This document shows positions 12,089 through 23,396 of a stretch of 40,299 nt of DNA, piece after piece. The DNA is from Psammoneis japonica (Eukaryota): the NCBI GenBank assembly GCA_008632985.1, contig QPGO01000099.1, forward strand, positions 62,001-102,299, read 5' to 3'. The notes under the pieces were generated by a model. It was not told the DNA's origin and did not search any database. It saw nothing but the letters and a program-made list of their open reading frames with translations. The position numbers and the translations under genes are program-made. Within the stretch, counting starts at the first letter, position 1. Every line of letters begins with the position of its first letter.

Positions 12089-12590
12089 GCGAGCCCGCTT
12101 GGAAGATGGTGTGTTTCTGCACAGTCTGCTGTGCAAGAAATGTCTTGGCCTGCTTGGAAGATGGTGCACACTCCACACAGTCCACATGAAATCCTGCAGC
12201 CCACTTGGAAGATGGTGTGTTTCTACACAGAGTGCTTGAAATCCCGCAGCCTGCTTGGAAGATGGTGTGTTTTCTCCAGAGGGGGGAGTCTGCATGGTGC
12301 AAAGATCCTGCACAAATTTTGCTTTTAGCCTGCTTGGAAGATGGCATGCTTTCCACACAGAGAGCTTGAAATCCCGCAGCCTGCTTGGAAGATGGCACAT
12401 TTTCCACAGGGAATCTGTGAGGTCCACAGATCCTGTGCAAATTTCACTTGGTTGGAAGGAGTCCCGCAGCCTGCTGGAAGATGGTGCATTTCTACACAGA
12501 GTGCTTGAGATCCCGCAGCCCACTTGTTTGTATTTTCTATGGGGAATCTGCATGGCACAAAGATCCTGTACAAATTTTACTTGGAAGGAA
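12089..12590. repeat. Degenerate tandem array of about 50-bp units (core gcctgcttggaagatgg, 7 copies) interspersed with three copies of a second unit (gatcctgtacaaattttact type)
   Basis: Unit A consensus atcccgcagcctgcttggaagatggtgtgtttctacacagagtgcttgaa. Unit B copies at about 12304, 12429 and 12562. Confidence 0.9.
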
Positions 12591-12889
12591 CCTTGGGCGG
12601 GGGTCTGCCCTCGCAAAAACTTTTGAAAATTTGCGAGTTCGTGCGTCGACCGATAGTTGGGGCATATTATTTTTTGCATTTAAACAGTATGACGTATACA
12701 GTATTAAATTGAATATATACACCTCGATATGCTTAGTGATGAAGATCATAATAATATGCTTCTTATAATGAACATTTATCATCATTTATTCAGAAGGGGA
12801 TATCAATCAAATTTTTGAGCGTGAACAACAACAAACCGTTTTCTCGCCATTTTTTCACGCACCCGCGACTCGATGCTCGATCGAGCGTC

Positions 12890-14337
12890 ATGTTGATGTT
12901 CAAACGTTCAACCAACCAAAACAATCGCTCTCGACGGCAGCAAGTCACTGACAATACAGCGGCTGAGGCGACTTATCAAACGTCTTTAGAGTTTCATAGC
13001 CTTGTCTTTGGTTCAATCCACTTTTCAAAGCTCCTCTCGTGGATATTGAATAACGGTATTTTTCGTTACTTGCTGACAAGAATCATGAAGAGCGGAAGCT
13101 CCACATCAATTATTGGTCCGTGGTGGGCTACTCTGATTCAGTCAAAAACTAGCAAAACTGCAGATCGAGCTTTGGGAGCAGCCTTTACGTTGGGGCTGAG
13201 TATTGCAATCATCAAGTTTGTCAATCGCTCATTGAGGTCATCTGCCAGACAGCATGATTTGTCTGGAGAATACCGTTGCGTTTCGCAGAGTCTCGTTTCG
13301 TTGGTTCGAGATATTTTGCGCAGTCTGGTAACTTTGAAGGATCAACTGGAAGGAAATGGTAACGAATTGGTCAAACACAGAGGCGCGTGTCATTGTCGAT
13401 CAATCGAGTTTGAGGTGAGTGTGGCATTTCGTGAAGAAGAGTCATATGAGCAACATACTGTTTGCAAAAAACTAACTCATATTGTGCTACTCTATGGACC
13501 GTCACTGCATTTCGCTCTCAGTTCCTCGGTCAGCGATGCTTAAAAGCAATTGATGCCCCAGGAAAGATACGGTATCCAAGAGCACGAGTAGAGGCGTCAA
13601 GCTTTCGATTCACAAAGGGTGCCGAATGCTCCCACATGTATTATGTACCAATTGAAGAAGATGACGGTGGAATGGGTTACGCAAGCCATCAAGGATCCGT
13701 CGTTGCAGCTCATTCGTTCTGTATGCAATGCGGCGTCCACATTTTGCATGCTCCGAGATCTGATTCCAATATTTTGGAAGTCAATATTGACTGCGTAGAC
13801 GAACGAAACGGCATTTCCGCGGGGTATCCGCAAGGTGCACCCCCATTCCAAACAAACGAGAGACAGTCCAACTCAAGGAGCCTTTACGGCGGTGAGAACT
13901 TTGCTAACGGTCATTTATCCACCATTTCATTACCCCAGAAGGAAACGCCGTACTCACCGCCAAGAGACTATGTCACACCGAAAAAGTTGATTCAACCCGT
14001 GGAGCCAACCACCGACTCGGCTGTCATTTCACCCGGGACACCATCAACCACAAATACAAGTCAGGAAACAGACAGCTTTGTAGCAGCCATGCGTATAAGA
14101 GCCAGCGCGCTTGAACAATTTTCTACGGGTACTTCGACGATTGAGGATGAATCCATATCGGGGGAATCGTCGTCCGTGGGGGCTCTGAGTATAGGAGCAC
14201 AATCTATGAACTTGCCGCCCCTTTCTTCAAAGCTGCCAGTTACTCACGAGTCACCAACAAAGTCGTCTGCAACACCAATGATGAGAGACCAGCTAAAATA
14301 CTACATGAAGAAGCACTTAAAGTCGGCGACAATGTAA
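12890..14337 (+). CDS. GFA/CENP-V (Mss4-like zinc-binding) domain protein with N-terminal hydrophobic segment and S/T/P-rich tail. Exons 12890-13414 and 13522-14337
   Basis: HRGACHCRSIEFE, HSFCMQCGVHILH and LEVNIDCVD motifs. A phase-0 intron (gtgagt...ctctcag) joins the two ORFs in frame. Confidence 0.75.
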
Positions 14338-14492
14338 TAGACTTTGAACAATTCATACTTTATAGCGACCTTTCCTTTCAGGCACAGCCTTTTTTTTCTC
14401 CCACGCCCTCGTTTTTGACCATATGTTCTGACGACTTCTCATGGCCGTAAATGATACTCCTACAACGGAAAGAGCTATAACAATACTCTGGT

Positions 14493-14890
14493 GTGCATCG
14501 TTGTCGTCTGTATCATTACACTACACTGTAGAGTACCGGTACGAGTATGTTCGGATCGTGGAATACGCCACGCCTTCTTTTCCGCAAACGTTGTACTCTC
14601 GTGCCTCTCCATCCATTCGGAGTGTCTGTATTCACAAAAAACCTCCCAGTTCCGCCATTTTCGAAATGTCATAGCTTGAAAGTGCCTCAACAATCTCCTC
14701 CTCCAAGACGTTGTGCATAATGAGTTGAGCACAAGCATTCTTGGGCTGTTGTGCAAGTGCAATTGGCTGCATAAGTTTTTTTCTAAAAAGGCGGGCAAGC
14801 AAAAAATATGCACTCCACGTTGAGGTGCCGGGGACACATTTGTCTCAAGATGAGACATGCTCCGTTCAAGCTTGGAATCAATATCTATAA
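14493..14890 (-). pseudogene. Fragmentary duplicate of the 3' end and downstream flank of the CRAL-TRIO gene
   Basis: Aligns to about 16589-16985 (gcatcgttgtcgtctgtatc...ggaatacgccacgccttctttt...; IDSKLERSMSHLETNVSPAPQRGVHIFC vs INFKLERSVAHLTANVFPVPQRGVHVFC). Confidence 0.85.
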
Positions 14891-15158
14891 CGCCTACGCG
14901 CCTTCTAGCTAGTGGGGCGTTGGGCAATCACCATCATTCAACCGTGGCACGCATTGAAGTATCTGATGGCATGAATCGCCCAATGATCAGTCCAGAATGA
15001 CACAAGAGACGCCATCGTACCGTATGAGGGCGGGGTGTGCTTGCGGTTCGGGGTTCGCATTCGCAAAGTTCCGCTTTTCAGCTGGGAATTTTTAAAATGT
15101 CGGTTGCCCCAGATATCTTCGTCGGGTTCGCATAAAGTTACCTTCTACCAACACCACC

Positions 15159-15770
15159 ATGGTAGCCTCCACAGACAACACCATCCCGGAACCTCTCTAC
15201 GATCCTGTCACCGGCGACTTGATGATTGACCCTGTCGTCAACCCTGCCGGCGATTCGTACGAGAGGAGCACTCTTGAGGGTTCGGATGTGACGTATTACC
15301 CCAACCGAGCTCTACAATCCATCATTCAGCGAACAATCGAACTCGAATCGGACTCACTGCATGGAGCGTTGCGACGAGTCAATGAATCCCTCCAAACAGA
15401 ACTTGCACGTTTCCTCGAGGCCACTCTCGGCATCGAGCGTCATCCTCTTCACGAAGCATTTTACTGTCCAATCACACATGAACTGATCTGTGATCCAGTC
15501 ATTACACCAGATGGGGTGAGCTACGAGTATGAAGCAATTGCTCAGTGGATTCAAAGCAGAGGCCAATCACCGGTATCGCGAACTCCATTGTCGTTGAATG
15601 ACTTGCGCGACAACAACGCGTTGTACGAACTCATTCAACTTGAAAAACACCGCAGCGTTGACTCGATTCATCCCTCGATTCGACGCTGGAAGGCTTCTGG
15701 CAGTACTTCACGAAGAGCTCGGAATTCCCATCATGTAGAAACTGGTTCCGTGTCTTCATCAAACGCGTAG
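15159..15770 (+). CDS. Tandem U-box domain protein (E3 ubiquitin ligase-like)
   Basis: Two U-box motifs: LYDPVTGDLMIDPVVNPAGDSYER...YPNRALQSII and FYCPITHELICDPVITPDGVSYEYEAIAQWI...SPVSRTPL...NNALYELI. Confidence 0.85.
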   Translation: MVASTDNTIPEPLYDPVTGDLMIDPVVNPAGDSYERSTLEGSDVTYYPNRALQSIIQRTIELESDSLHGALRRVNESLQTELARFLEATLGIERHPLHEAFYCPITHELICDPVITPDGVSYEYEAIAQWIQSRGQSPVSRTPLSLNDLRDNNALYELIQLEKHRSVDSIHPSIRRWKASGSTSRRARNSHHVETGSVSSSNA

Positions 15771-15929
15771 ACCTTGATGTTCGTGTGCTGTAGTGGTCGC
15801 TGGAAGTAGGCAGCTGCAGCCGGGCGATCGAAGGCAAAAACCAGAAAATATTCCCTTAATGCACAATTAGGAAACAGATGTCAACATAGCGCAAGGCGTC
15901 TTCTAGAGCTAGCCTTCAACAATGACGGA

Positions 15930-16320
15930 ATGTGATGGTTAACCTTGATTCGCTCTACACACTTTGCAGGCGGCGTATCGTAGCTTTCCAAATAGATCTG
16001 CAGCCTCAACCCGCTGCATGTTCATGCAGTCCAAGGTGGAATTTGATGAAAATACGAGGCTCGTTACCGTCCACGTTATCATATCGGAACTGTTCCTGTG
16101 AGACCTTCTCTTTGAAATGCGACGGAGATAACATGCACGAATTTTTTATTGTTCCGCGTGACTCAACCATCGGTCATTATTGATATCAACGTCTCGAGCC
16201 TTTGTGACGCCTCGTTTCCGATGGTTAAGCTTGTTTAGCTTTACACGCTTTGCAGGTGCGGTTAACGATACTCGCAGCGTTTCAAATAACAGATCCATAC
16301 GCGCGAGTTTTTCCCCGGAC
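15930..16320. pseudogene. Mosaic of short decayed fragments of the CRAL-TRIO gene (about 17350-17545) and the 19-kb gene (about 19437-19645)
   Basis: tgtgatggttaaccttgattcg matches about 17457. gcagtccaaggtggaatt(t/c)gatgaaaa(t/c)acgaggctcgttac matches about 19450. gcgtgactcaaccat matches about 19627. Confidence 0.75.
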
Positions 16321-16683
16321 ACTTTGTCCATACAAGAACGAGCAGCGCCTGTGTCGTTGTAAAATGCAAAATTTTGGAAAAGAAAGCCGTGCCCATTAAT
16401 TGCCATGGCTCCAGTACCAATTTCGAGCTTGTTGTTCTAAGTGCTGGACTTGAGAGCTGTCTCTTGCTTTCATTTACTTTCGACATACGGTATAGCTGCA
16501 AGTGATATCTTGCGAAGGACACTGTTTCGTCTAGTGGGGAATTTTGGCCCACTTTAAAATAAGGACGACTTCCCGGAAGCACATGCCGGCATCGTTGTCG
16601 TCTGTATCTTTACACTACACTCGAGCATACCAATACGTTCGGAGCATGGAATACGCCACGCCTTCTTTTCCAAACCTTCTACT

Positions 16684-18591
16684 CTAGTGCCTCTCCATCC
16701 ATTCAGAGTGTATGTATTCACACGTACCTCCCAGCTCAACTGGAATCGCCTTTTTCGAAATGCCATAACTCGAAAGCGCCTCAACAATGTCTTCCTCCCC
16801 GACGTCGTGTATAACAATTCGAGCACGAGCATTCCTGGGCTGTTGTGCCAGCGCAATCGGCTGTATAAACTTAGCCAAAAAGAAGGGCACGCAAAACACA
16901 TGCACTCCTCGTTGAGGTACCGGGAACACATTTGCCGTAAGATGAGCCACGCTCCGTTCAAGTTTGAAATTGATATCCCACGCTGACGCGCCTTTTATAT
17001 TGAGCATCAAAATAAATCCCTTGTCAGCGTTAGGGTGTTGGGCCATCACTTCATGCAGAAGCCAATACACTTGAATCAAATTCCTAGTATCGTATCCATT
17101 GTAATCATTCAGTCGAAGCATGCAATGAAGTATTTGACGGCCTGAATCGTCCAATGAAGGTAGCAGTCGAATTAACCCCACTCGAACAGCCGCCTTTGCA
17201 TCTCCCATAGCTTCATCGATGGTAAGAGGCAAACAGAACTTGTCTCGTCCAAACAACTGCAGTCGTTCTTCCCAATATGAAACATATCGACGTGCCGCCG
17301 TCTCAGGATCCATGTCTACTCGTTTCAGAAATAGCTCCAGTCGGTCGTCATTTATCTCAACATCTCGAGCCTTTTGCTTTGCCTCTAACCAAGCTTTCTT
17401 TTCACGTGGCAGGATGAGTTCCATGTGACGCTTCATTTCCGATAACAAGGATGGAGTGTGATGGTTAACCTTGATTCGTTTTACACGCTTTGTAGGTGGC
17501 GTTGTCGATACTCGTAGCTTTCCAAATAGATCCGCGGTTGCAGCCCGTCGCTCATCTTCTGTGAGATCAAGGTCTTCCGGATGTTTTTGAATTGATGACG
17601 ATTCTGTCAAGGTTGAGAATAAGAATTCAGCAGCCGCAATGTCTTGACTCGTTAATGATTCTGATGGTTCTTCGGGAGACGTGGTTTGCTGTTCGTAGGC
17701 GTCTTTCCGGTGCTGAGTAACCGGCAATTCTTCAGGAGAAGTGGAACGTGGTTGATCAGCGCCTTCGTGGCTCTGCGGTGGGCTATGAAGACTAGGGGAG
17801 TTTCGTGCCTCGTTTCGAGCAGGAATGGGCCTTCCAGAAAAGCTTCTGGTCTCGTTAGTATTAAGTTGGTCTCGCAATGACTTTAATGGGGAGATATCTG
17901 CATCACTGCTGTCTCGTTTCTGTGCCTGGTTGCGGGTACCATTTCGCTCTTCTTGTTTCTTGTCTGGTGTCAAAGCTTCTGTGCCTATAGGTGGTGCGAC
18001 ATGCTGAGCATCCCGAGGTAGCGACGGCTTCTGACCCTCTACGAGATGGACAATGCCATTCCTTTGATCAGAGGCGCATTGGGACCAGGTCATCCGACTT
18101 TGTATCGTGGGTACTGGCTGTGAATATTGTATTGGCAATAGGCGTAAAGGTGACATCGGAACTGCAGCAGGCGGAAGAAATGGATTGCGAGCCAAGAATC
18201 CAAGTTGATGGAGCATACTTTGGCTGCCATGGGCTGTATGCATAGGCGAAACATTGCTGCCTGACCCACTGTGCTCGTTCTCACCAATCTCACACTCCAG
18301 TTTTTGTCGCAAAGCGTGCTTGATCTTGGTGAGGGCACGCTCAGTCGTTATTTCCCTCCATTGGCATACATCAGTGACTTCCATAAAGCGCCCCCGTCTT
18401 GCATGGACGTCATTCAGTATCTGCTGTGCCAAGGCCATCTTGTCAACTCGTTTCCGTAGCGACTGGTATGTGCTTTTGTATCTTCGTACAAGCTGTGAGA
18501 AGTGACGATTGCCGCTATGCTCTCGTGGACCCCTTCCTCGTCCTAACAATACGTCATTTTCAGTGGGATGTAAAGAGGAAGCTTGTTGCAT
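16684..18591 (-). CDS. DUF6824-like N-terminal domain, low-complexity linker and C-terminal CRAL-TRIO/SEC14-like domain (635 aa, intronless)
   Basis: NDVLLGRG...HSGNRHF...KIKHALRQ is the diatom-expanded DUF6824 pattern. FLKRVDMDPETAARRYVSYWEERLQLFG, DDSGRQIL and YGISKKAIPVELGG fit CRAL-TRIO. Confidence 0.85.
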   Translation of the reverse strand: MQQASSLHPTENDVLLGRGRGPREHSGNRHFSQLVRRYKSTYQSLRKRVDKMALAQQILNDVHARRGRFMEVTDVCQWREITTERALTKIKHALRQKLECEIGENEHSGSGSNVSPMHTAHGSQSMLHQLGFLARNPFLPPAAVPMSPLRLLPIQYSQPVPTIQSRMTWSQCASDQRNGIVHLVEGQKPSLPRDAQHVAPPIGTEALTPDKKQEERNGTRNQAQKRDSSDADISPLKSLRDQLNTNETRSFSGRPIPARNEARNSPSLHSPPQSHEGADQPRSTSPEELPVTQHRKDAYEQQTTSPEEPSESLTSQDIAAAEFLFSTLTESSSIQKHPEDLDLTEDERRAATADLFGKLRVSTTPPTKRVKRIKVNHHTPSLLSEMKRHMELILPREKKAWLEAKQKARDVEINDDRLELFLKRVDMDPETAARRYVSYWEERLQLFGRDKFCLPLTIDEAMGDAKAAVRVGLIRLLPSLDDSGRQILHCMLRLNDYNGYDTRNLIQVYWLLHEVMAQHPNADKGFILMLNIKGASAWDINFKLERSVAHLTANVFPVPQRGVHVFCVPFFLAKFIQPIALAQQPRNARARIVIHDVGEEDIVEALSSYGISKKAIPVELGGTCEYIHSEWMERH

Positions 18592-18992
18592 GGTGCACTT
18601 CAGAAGGCACGTTTTGAAGAAAGCACGGTTGTATTGTTCTCTCAGCAGAATGAGAAAAAGTGCTTATCGTTGTGTGAGAATGCAGGCTTCACGTCGTGCG
18701 AGAATAGCAGGTGGCGGGCGGGGGGTGAGTGAGCCCCCCTCTGCATAATTTTTAGTATTCAGATTTATATATACTTGTATTTGAATAGCGGGGCAAATAT
18801 TTCAAAAAGTAAAAGGGTGGCAAATATTTCAAAAATGTGTTGCGACGCAACGATGCACAGATCCAAGATCGAAGACCGGCGGATGCGAGGCGATGAGTGA
18901 TGAGGAGACGCGGATTATTCTGTATCTAACCAAAAATAAGTGTGCTCATATAGTGCTGTTAATCATCAACCCGTACCTTTTTCAAGAGCATC

Positions 18993-19771
18993 ATGACGGT
19001 AACTTCAACGAATCAAACTCCTACTGGGAGCGAGACTCGGGAATGGAAAGCAACTTCAAGTCCGGGTAAGAATTGCAACAGACATTCTAATCGCGATGTG
19101 CAGTAATAGCGTCTCGGAGTAGTGACACCGAAAACCGTCTTGTTGAAACGTACAGAAACAAATGGAGCTCACAGTGCATAATTTTCTTTGTTTTTCTTTC
19201 TCGGACTCTCGTTTCTACCTGCGCTAACTGAATTCATTGACGAAAAGTATCCCAGAACACCGCTTCCAACATCCCAACTCAGAACCAGCCGATTCCATTA
19301 TCGGACCTTGTCCCGAACTCTGCATCGGGTTCTCCGAAGCTTGTCCCCGACAAGAATGGGATTGCTGTCGTTGAGACACCGCTACCATGTCTCGCCTATC
19401 TGTTCATGCTTCCCTTCCCATTCTTTTGTATGGGATGCTGCATGTTCAAGCAGTCCAAGGTGGAATTCGATGAAAACACGAGGCTCGTTACGGTTGTTGT
19501 AAGGAGAGGCGCATGTCCTTGCTCTCGGAAGAAAACCTTTTCCTACGACGATATCGGAAATGTTGCTGTGAGACCCGTCTCTTTGACGGTCGATGGGGTT
19601 AAAATGCACGAAACTCTTATTGTTCTGCGTGACTCAACCATGATTGGAACCGGCCGAGTCGAGTCTAAAGAGAGTGCCTTTGAGTTTGCAAAGGAGATTC
19701 ATCTCTTTATCTTTGGTCGATCTGGCAAGACCTACGTCCCGCCAACCATGAGTGACATTCTCCTCTCATAA
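18993..19771 (+). CDS. Hypothetical small membrane-anchored protein. 5' exon structure uncertain, last exon about 19249-19771
   Basis: ATG at 18993 followed by a GT donor (gtaaga). The last exon is open through a hydrophobic segment (CLAYLFMLPFPFFCMGCC) and a beta-rich domain to TAA at 19771. A decayed copy near 16010-16170 supports it being a gene. Confidence 0.55.
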
Positions 19772-20118
19772 CTGTCGAGTAGGGATCAGGTATCATTGCA
19801 CGACTTTGGGTCACAGTGGAGCTATTGCTGATGATGGCTCGGGATACGACCGACAGTTCTTCTGTCAATGGGCATTGTTTGGTAGTGCCTTTCTTCTGTG
19901 CATTTACCATGTATGCTGTCAATACCTACTACAGGAAGTGACAACTTTGTCGATTTTCTGGGTGCTTGGGATGCTAGTCATACTGTAGGGCTATGGTGCA
20001 ACGTGGCGCAAAGGTGCAGAACAGTAGGAATGTCACCGAAGAGTCGAAAGAGTTGGCAGCTATCACGGTAGAGAGTCTGTGTCGAAAGAAAAAGAAGAAG
20101 GTGATGGAAATGAATCCG

Positions 20119-20705
20119 ACGGTAGCCACCACAGACAATACCCTCCCGGAACTTCTCTACGATCCTATCACCGGCGACTTGACAGTTGACCCGGTCGTCA
20201 ACCCTGCCGGAGATTCGTACGAAAAGAGCACTCTTGAGGGTTTGGATGTGACGTATTACCCCAACCGAGCTCTACAATCCATCATTCAGCGAACAATGGA
20301 ACTCGAATCGGACTCACTGCATGGAGCTTTGTGACGAGTCAATGAATCGCTCCAAACAGAACTTGCACGTTTCCTCGAGGCCACTCTCGGCATCGAGCGT
20401 CATCTTCACGAAGCATTTTACTGTCCAATCACACATGATCTGTGATCCAGTCATTACACCAGAGGGAGTGAGCTATGAGTTTGAAGCAATTGCTCAGTGG
20501 ATTTGAAGCCAGAGGCCAATCACCGGTATCGCGAACTCTATTGTCGTTGAGTGACTTGCGCGACAGCAACACCTTGTACGATTTCATTCAACTTGAAAAA
20601 CACCGCAGCGATGACTCGTTTCATCCTTCCATAAGACGCTGGAAGGCTTCTGGCAATACTTCACGAAGAGCTCGGAATTCTAATCGGTCTTCATCAGACG
20701 CGTAG
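20119..20705 (+). pseudogene. Pseudogene duplicate of the U-box gene
   Basis: Near-identical to 15159-15770, but ATG>ACG, CGA>TGA at 20332, small deletions and a second TGA near 20504. Similarity continues into the 3' flank to about 20820. Confidence 0.92.
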
Positions 20706-20849
20706 ACCTTGATGTTCGTGTGCTGTTCCGCGGATCGAAGGCCAGAAGCCAGAAAATATTTCGTAAATGCACAAATAGGAAAAAGACATCAAAAGAGCGA
20801 GAGACATTTTCTAGAAAGCGCAGCAACAATACTAACAACGGGGTGTAGA

Positions 20850-21098
20850 GCCATTACTTCACGTATAGCCAATACACTTGAATCAAATTCCTATTATCGT
20901 ATCCATTGTAATGCACAATCGCGGCACACGATGAAGTATCTGACGGCCTTAATCGTCCAATAAAAGGAGCAGTCGAAAGGTGCCCACTAGAAGAGCCGCC
21001 TTTGCATCTCCCATTGCTCCATCGATGGTAAGAGGTAAACAGAACAGTCGTTCGTCCCAATACAACATATCGGCGTGCCGCCGTCTCAGGATCCATGT
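20850..21098 (-). pseudogene. Internal fragment duplicate of the CRAL-TRIO gene
   Basis: MDPETAARRYV and YNGYDNRNLIQVYWL match about 17040-17315, with deletions. Confidence 0.85.
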
Positions 21099-21245
21099 TT
21101 TTCGTTGCATCATACTAGACGACGGGAGAAACGCTGCGATTATATGGTAGAGACCAGATGTAATACAAAAGCAAAGTGGATTTTACAAAATACTATCAAG
21201 ACGAAGACGTTTGGTTCTCTATAGAGGCTTTTGGTACTACCTCCC

Positions 21246-22942
21246 CTACGCTCCAACACCTTGATCTTCAAAAAAGCTTTCGCCCTTTGCTTTTGTTCCG
21301 GATGGCACCGTCTTTCCCGGTGCCACCTGAACATCGTTAAGACTGCAATTCTCGCCAACACTACTGCCGGTCCCAAGAATGGAATTCTGCAAGACACAAT
21401 TGTCGCCCACCGTCACGTCATCCATAATCACGACATTGTTCAGGCGGCACTTTGTTCCAAGCTTGGATCGTCGACCCACTGTACTCGATTTACAAGTTAC
21501 CTTTTCGCCAGTGACTGCATCCTTGAGAAGAATGGAACGGAATTTCGATTGCACCGTGGATCCCTCTGGAATAGTAGGATTCGTATTAGTGGGATTGACA
21601 GCGACAGAAACAGCCTCTCGACAAGCATATAGATAGGCAGGTACATAGGATGCACGAAGTGCCACAACCTTTGTGTCTGCGTCGTTCGGTGGTTCCAATA
21701 CATGGGCACAAACAGCGTACTCGTATTCGCGTCTTTGCGTAAAGGCCGCCTTGATCCCACCGCCGGAGGTTGCTCCCATGTTGCTAATGCTCTCATCAAA
21801 ATCGGAACCTGACGTAACATCACTTGAAAAGGGAGGTTGGCTCAATACTTGTTCCAGCGACTCCTTTTGTTCGTCCGTCAGTTTTTCAATTTGACTCGCA
21901 TAGGTTGCCACGACACCACGAAACTGCCTCGACACCAAGAGGGGCAACACGTCACTTTGCATAGAGATAGCACCTGGTCTTGTGGCCAACCAACGACGGA
22001 CCCATGGAGCAATTACATAGGCATGTAAATCATTCCATTCCGTCTTGACCCGGACGGTGGATCCTCGTAATCTTGGTTTGGGCAAGATGAGCTTTGGAGT
22101 CTTTCCCAGTAGCTCCTCGTCCTCTTCAACATCAATTTTGGATTCCTTCCAAATGATTCGCGGTGGAGACTTGTCAGATTGTGTAGCCAAGCCAATGTAT
22201 TCCACGTCTTGTTCTTCTCGAGCGAGACCGCCTTTCTTTTGCTATATGACGAGAATAACAATAAATACAGTACGATGAGAGATTGCTGCTTTCTCTATAG
22301 ATGAAATCAAAAGTCAAGAGGAGCATAGTATCATACCTTTGCAGACTCTTTTAGCGGAATGCCATTTGCATCAAGCTCTTCTACATTTGCCAGCAGAATA
22401 GTACAGGCGGTTGGTATGGTTTTCTTCTTTTTGGAAGACAGCATTATGGAGCTGTTGCCGTGACGGTGGTCTTGAGCCAGCTGTACCAACGCGTCTGGAT
22501 CTAACACAACCAAGTCGGATGGCAAGACCATGACATGACTGCTGGATGGAATCACGTGGTCCACCTGTCGTAACGCATCCGCTGATCCAGCACAATCTTC
22601 TGACAAGTTCACCAACGTTACGTGTAGCTTGTTGATTTGAACGCAAGCGCAGTGATGATGATGTGTTGTTCGTGCAGCAGAAGAAGCATCCGTCTCTTTT
22701 GTTTCTGCTTGTTGCAATACAGGTAACGTCACGGAATCATCATGAGCAAGAGCAACAACACATGATTCAAATCCACTCTTTTCCAACGTCTGAAGGAGAT
22801 GCAGCAAAAGAGGGACACCGCCGACCGGAAGCAAATGTTTGGGAGTTTGTTTTGAAGTTAACGGAAACAATCGGGCGCCTGTAGTGGCTGCAAAAACGAC
22901 AGCCACAAACTCGGGGCTGCTTTCAGTCAAACTACCGGTCAT
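21246..22942 (-). CDS. EIF2B3: Translation initiation factor eIF2B gamma subunit. Exons 22942-22337 and 22241-21246
   Basis: N-terminal nucleotidyltransferase-like AVVFAATTGARLFPLT...PKHLLPV, GSADALR and LPSDLV. C-terminal left-handed beta-helix repeats (KCRLNNVVIMDDVTVGDNCVLQNSILG). Phase-0 intron 22336-22242. Confidence 0.88.
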
Positions 22943-23396
22943 TCCTTTGCAGTTCTGGGGTATATTAAGAGGAATAGGAACTAGCTAATGTTGATAACAC
23001 TGGCAGAGACGCCGCAACAATGTTTGATAATGATAAGGTACGGTATTCGTATGCGTCATGGCCTGCGACCTGCGACCCGCAGAAAAAAATGTGGGGAGCG
23101 CGCGCGGCGCGCGTTCGTCTCGACCAGATGCTGACGACGTTCAGACGACTAAGGCGCGGATCTTGGCTTACGCTTGCTTGCTTGCGCTTGATTTACAGCA
23201 TTGCTTGCTTTCGAGCGGTCAAAAGTGTTGACGGATGACGGCCATGCATGCGACGTACGGCCCAAAATAAAACCCAAAACACCAAATGGGGGTGTGCGGT
23301 GTGCGTGTCATTGGCGAGTTCTGACATCTGTGGCTGGCTTGGACTTCAAATGGTGGTTCCACCGGTTTCTCTTGCCTTGTCCTGTTGCCACACTCG

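Noticed and set aside
12089..12530. CRISPR-like array (conserved 17-nt core with spacers of about 30 nt)
   Set aside because: Spacers are homologous to each other, there are no cas genes, and the context is eukaryotic. It is a degenerate tandem repeat.
1800..12590. Diversity-generating retroelement (adenine-specific mutagenesis)
   Set aside because: No TR/VR pair or DGR RT. Changes are transitions on both strands over kilobases, not A-to-N in a short variable repeat.
16684..16690. Stop of the CRAL-TRIO gene is GAG in the duplicate near 14608, suggesting truncation
   Set aside because: The domain appears complete and the duplicate is decayed, so polarity cannot be determined.
18720..18840. 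Short hairpin and duplicated ggcaaatatttcaaaaa in the divergent promoter
   Set aside because: Too short to assign as a MITE or regulatory site without comparison.
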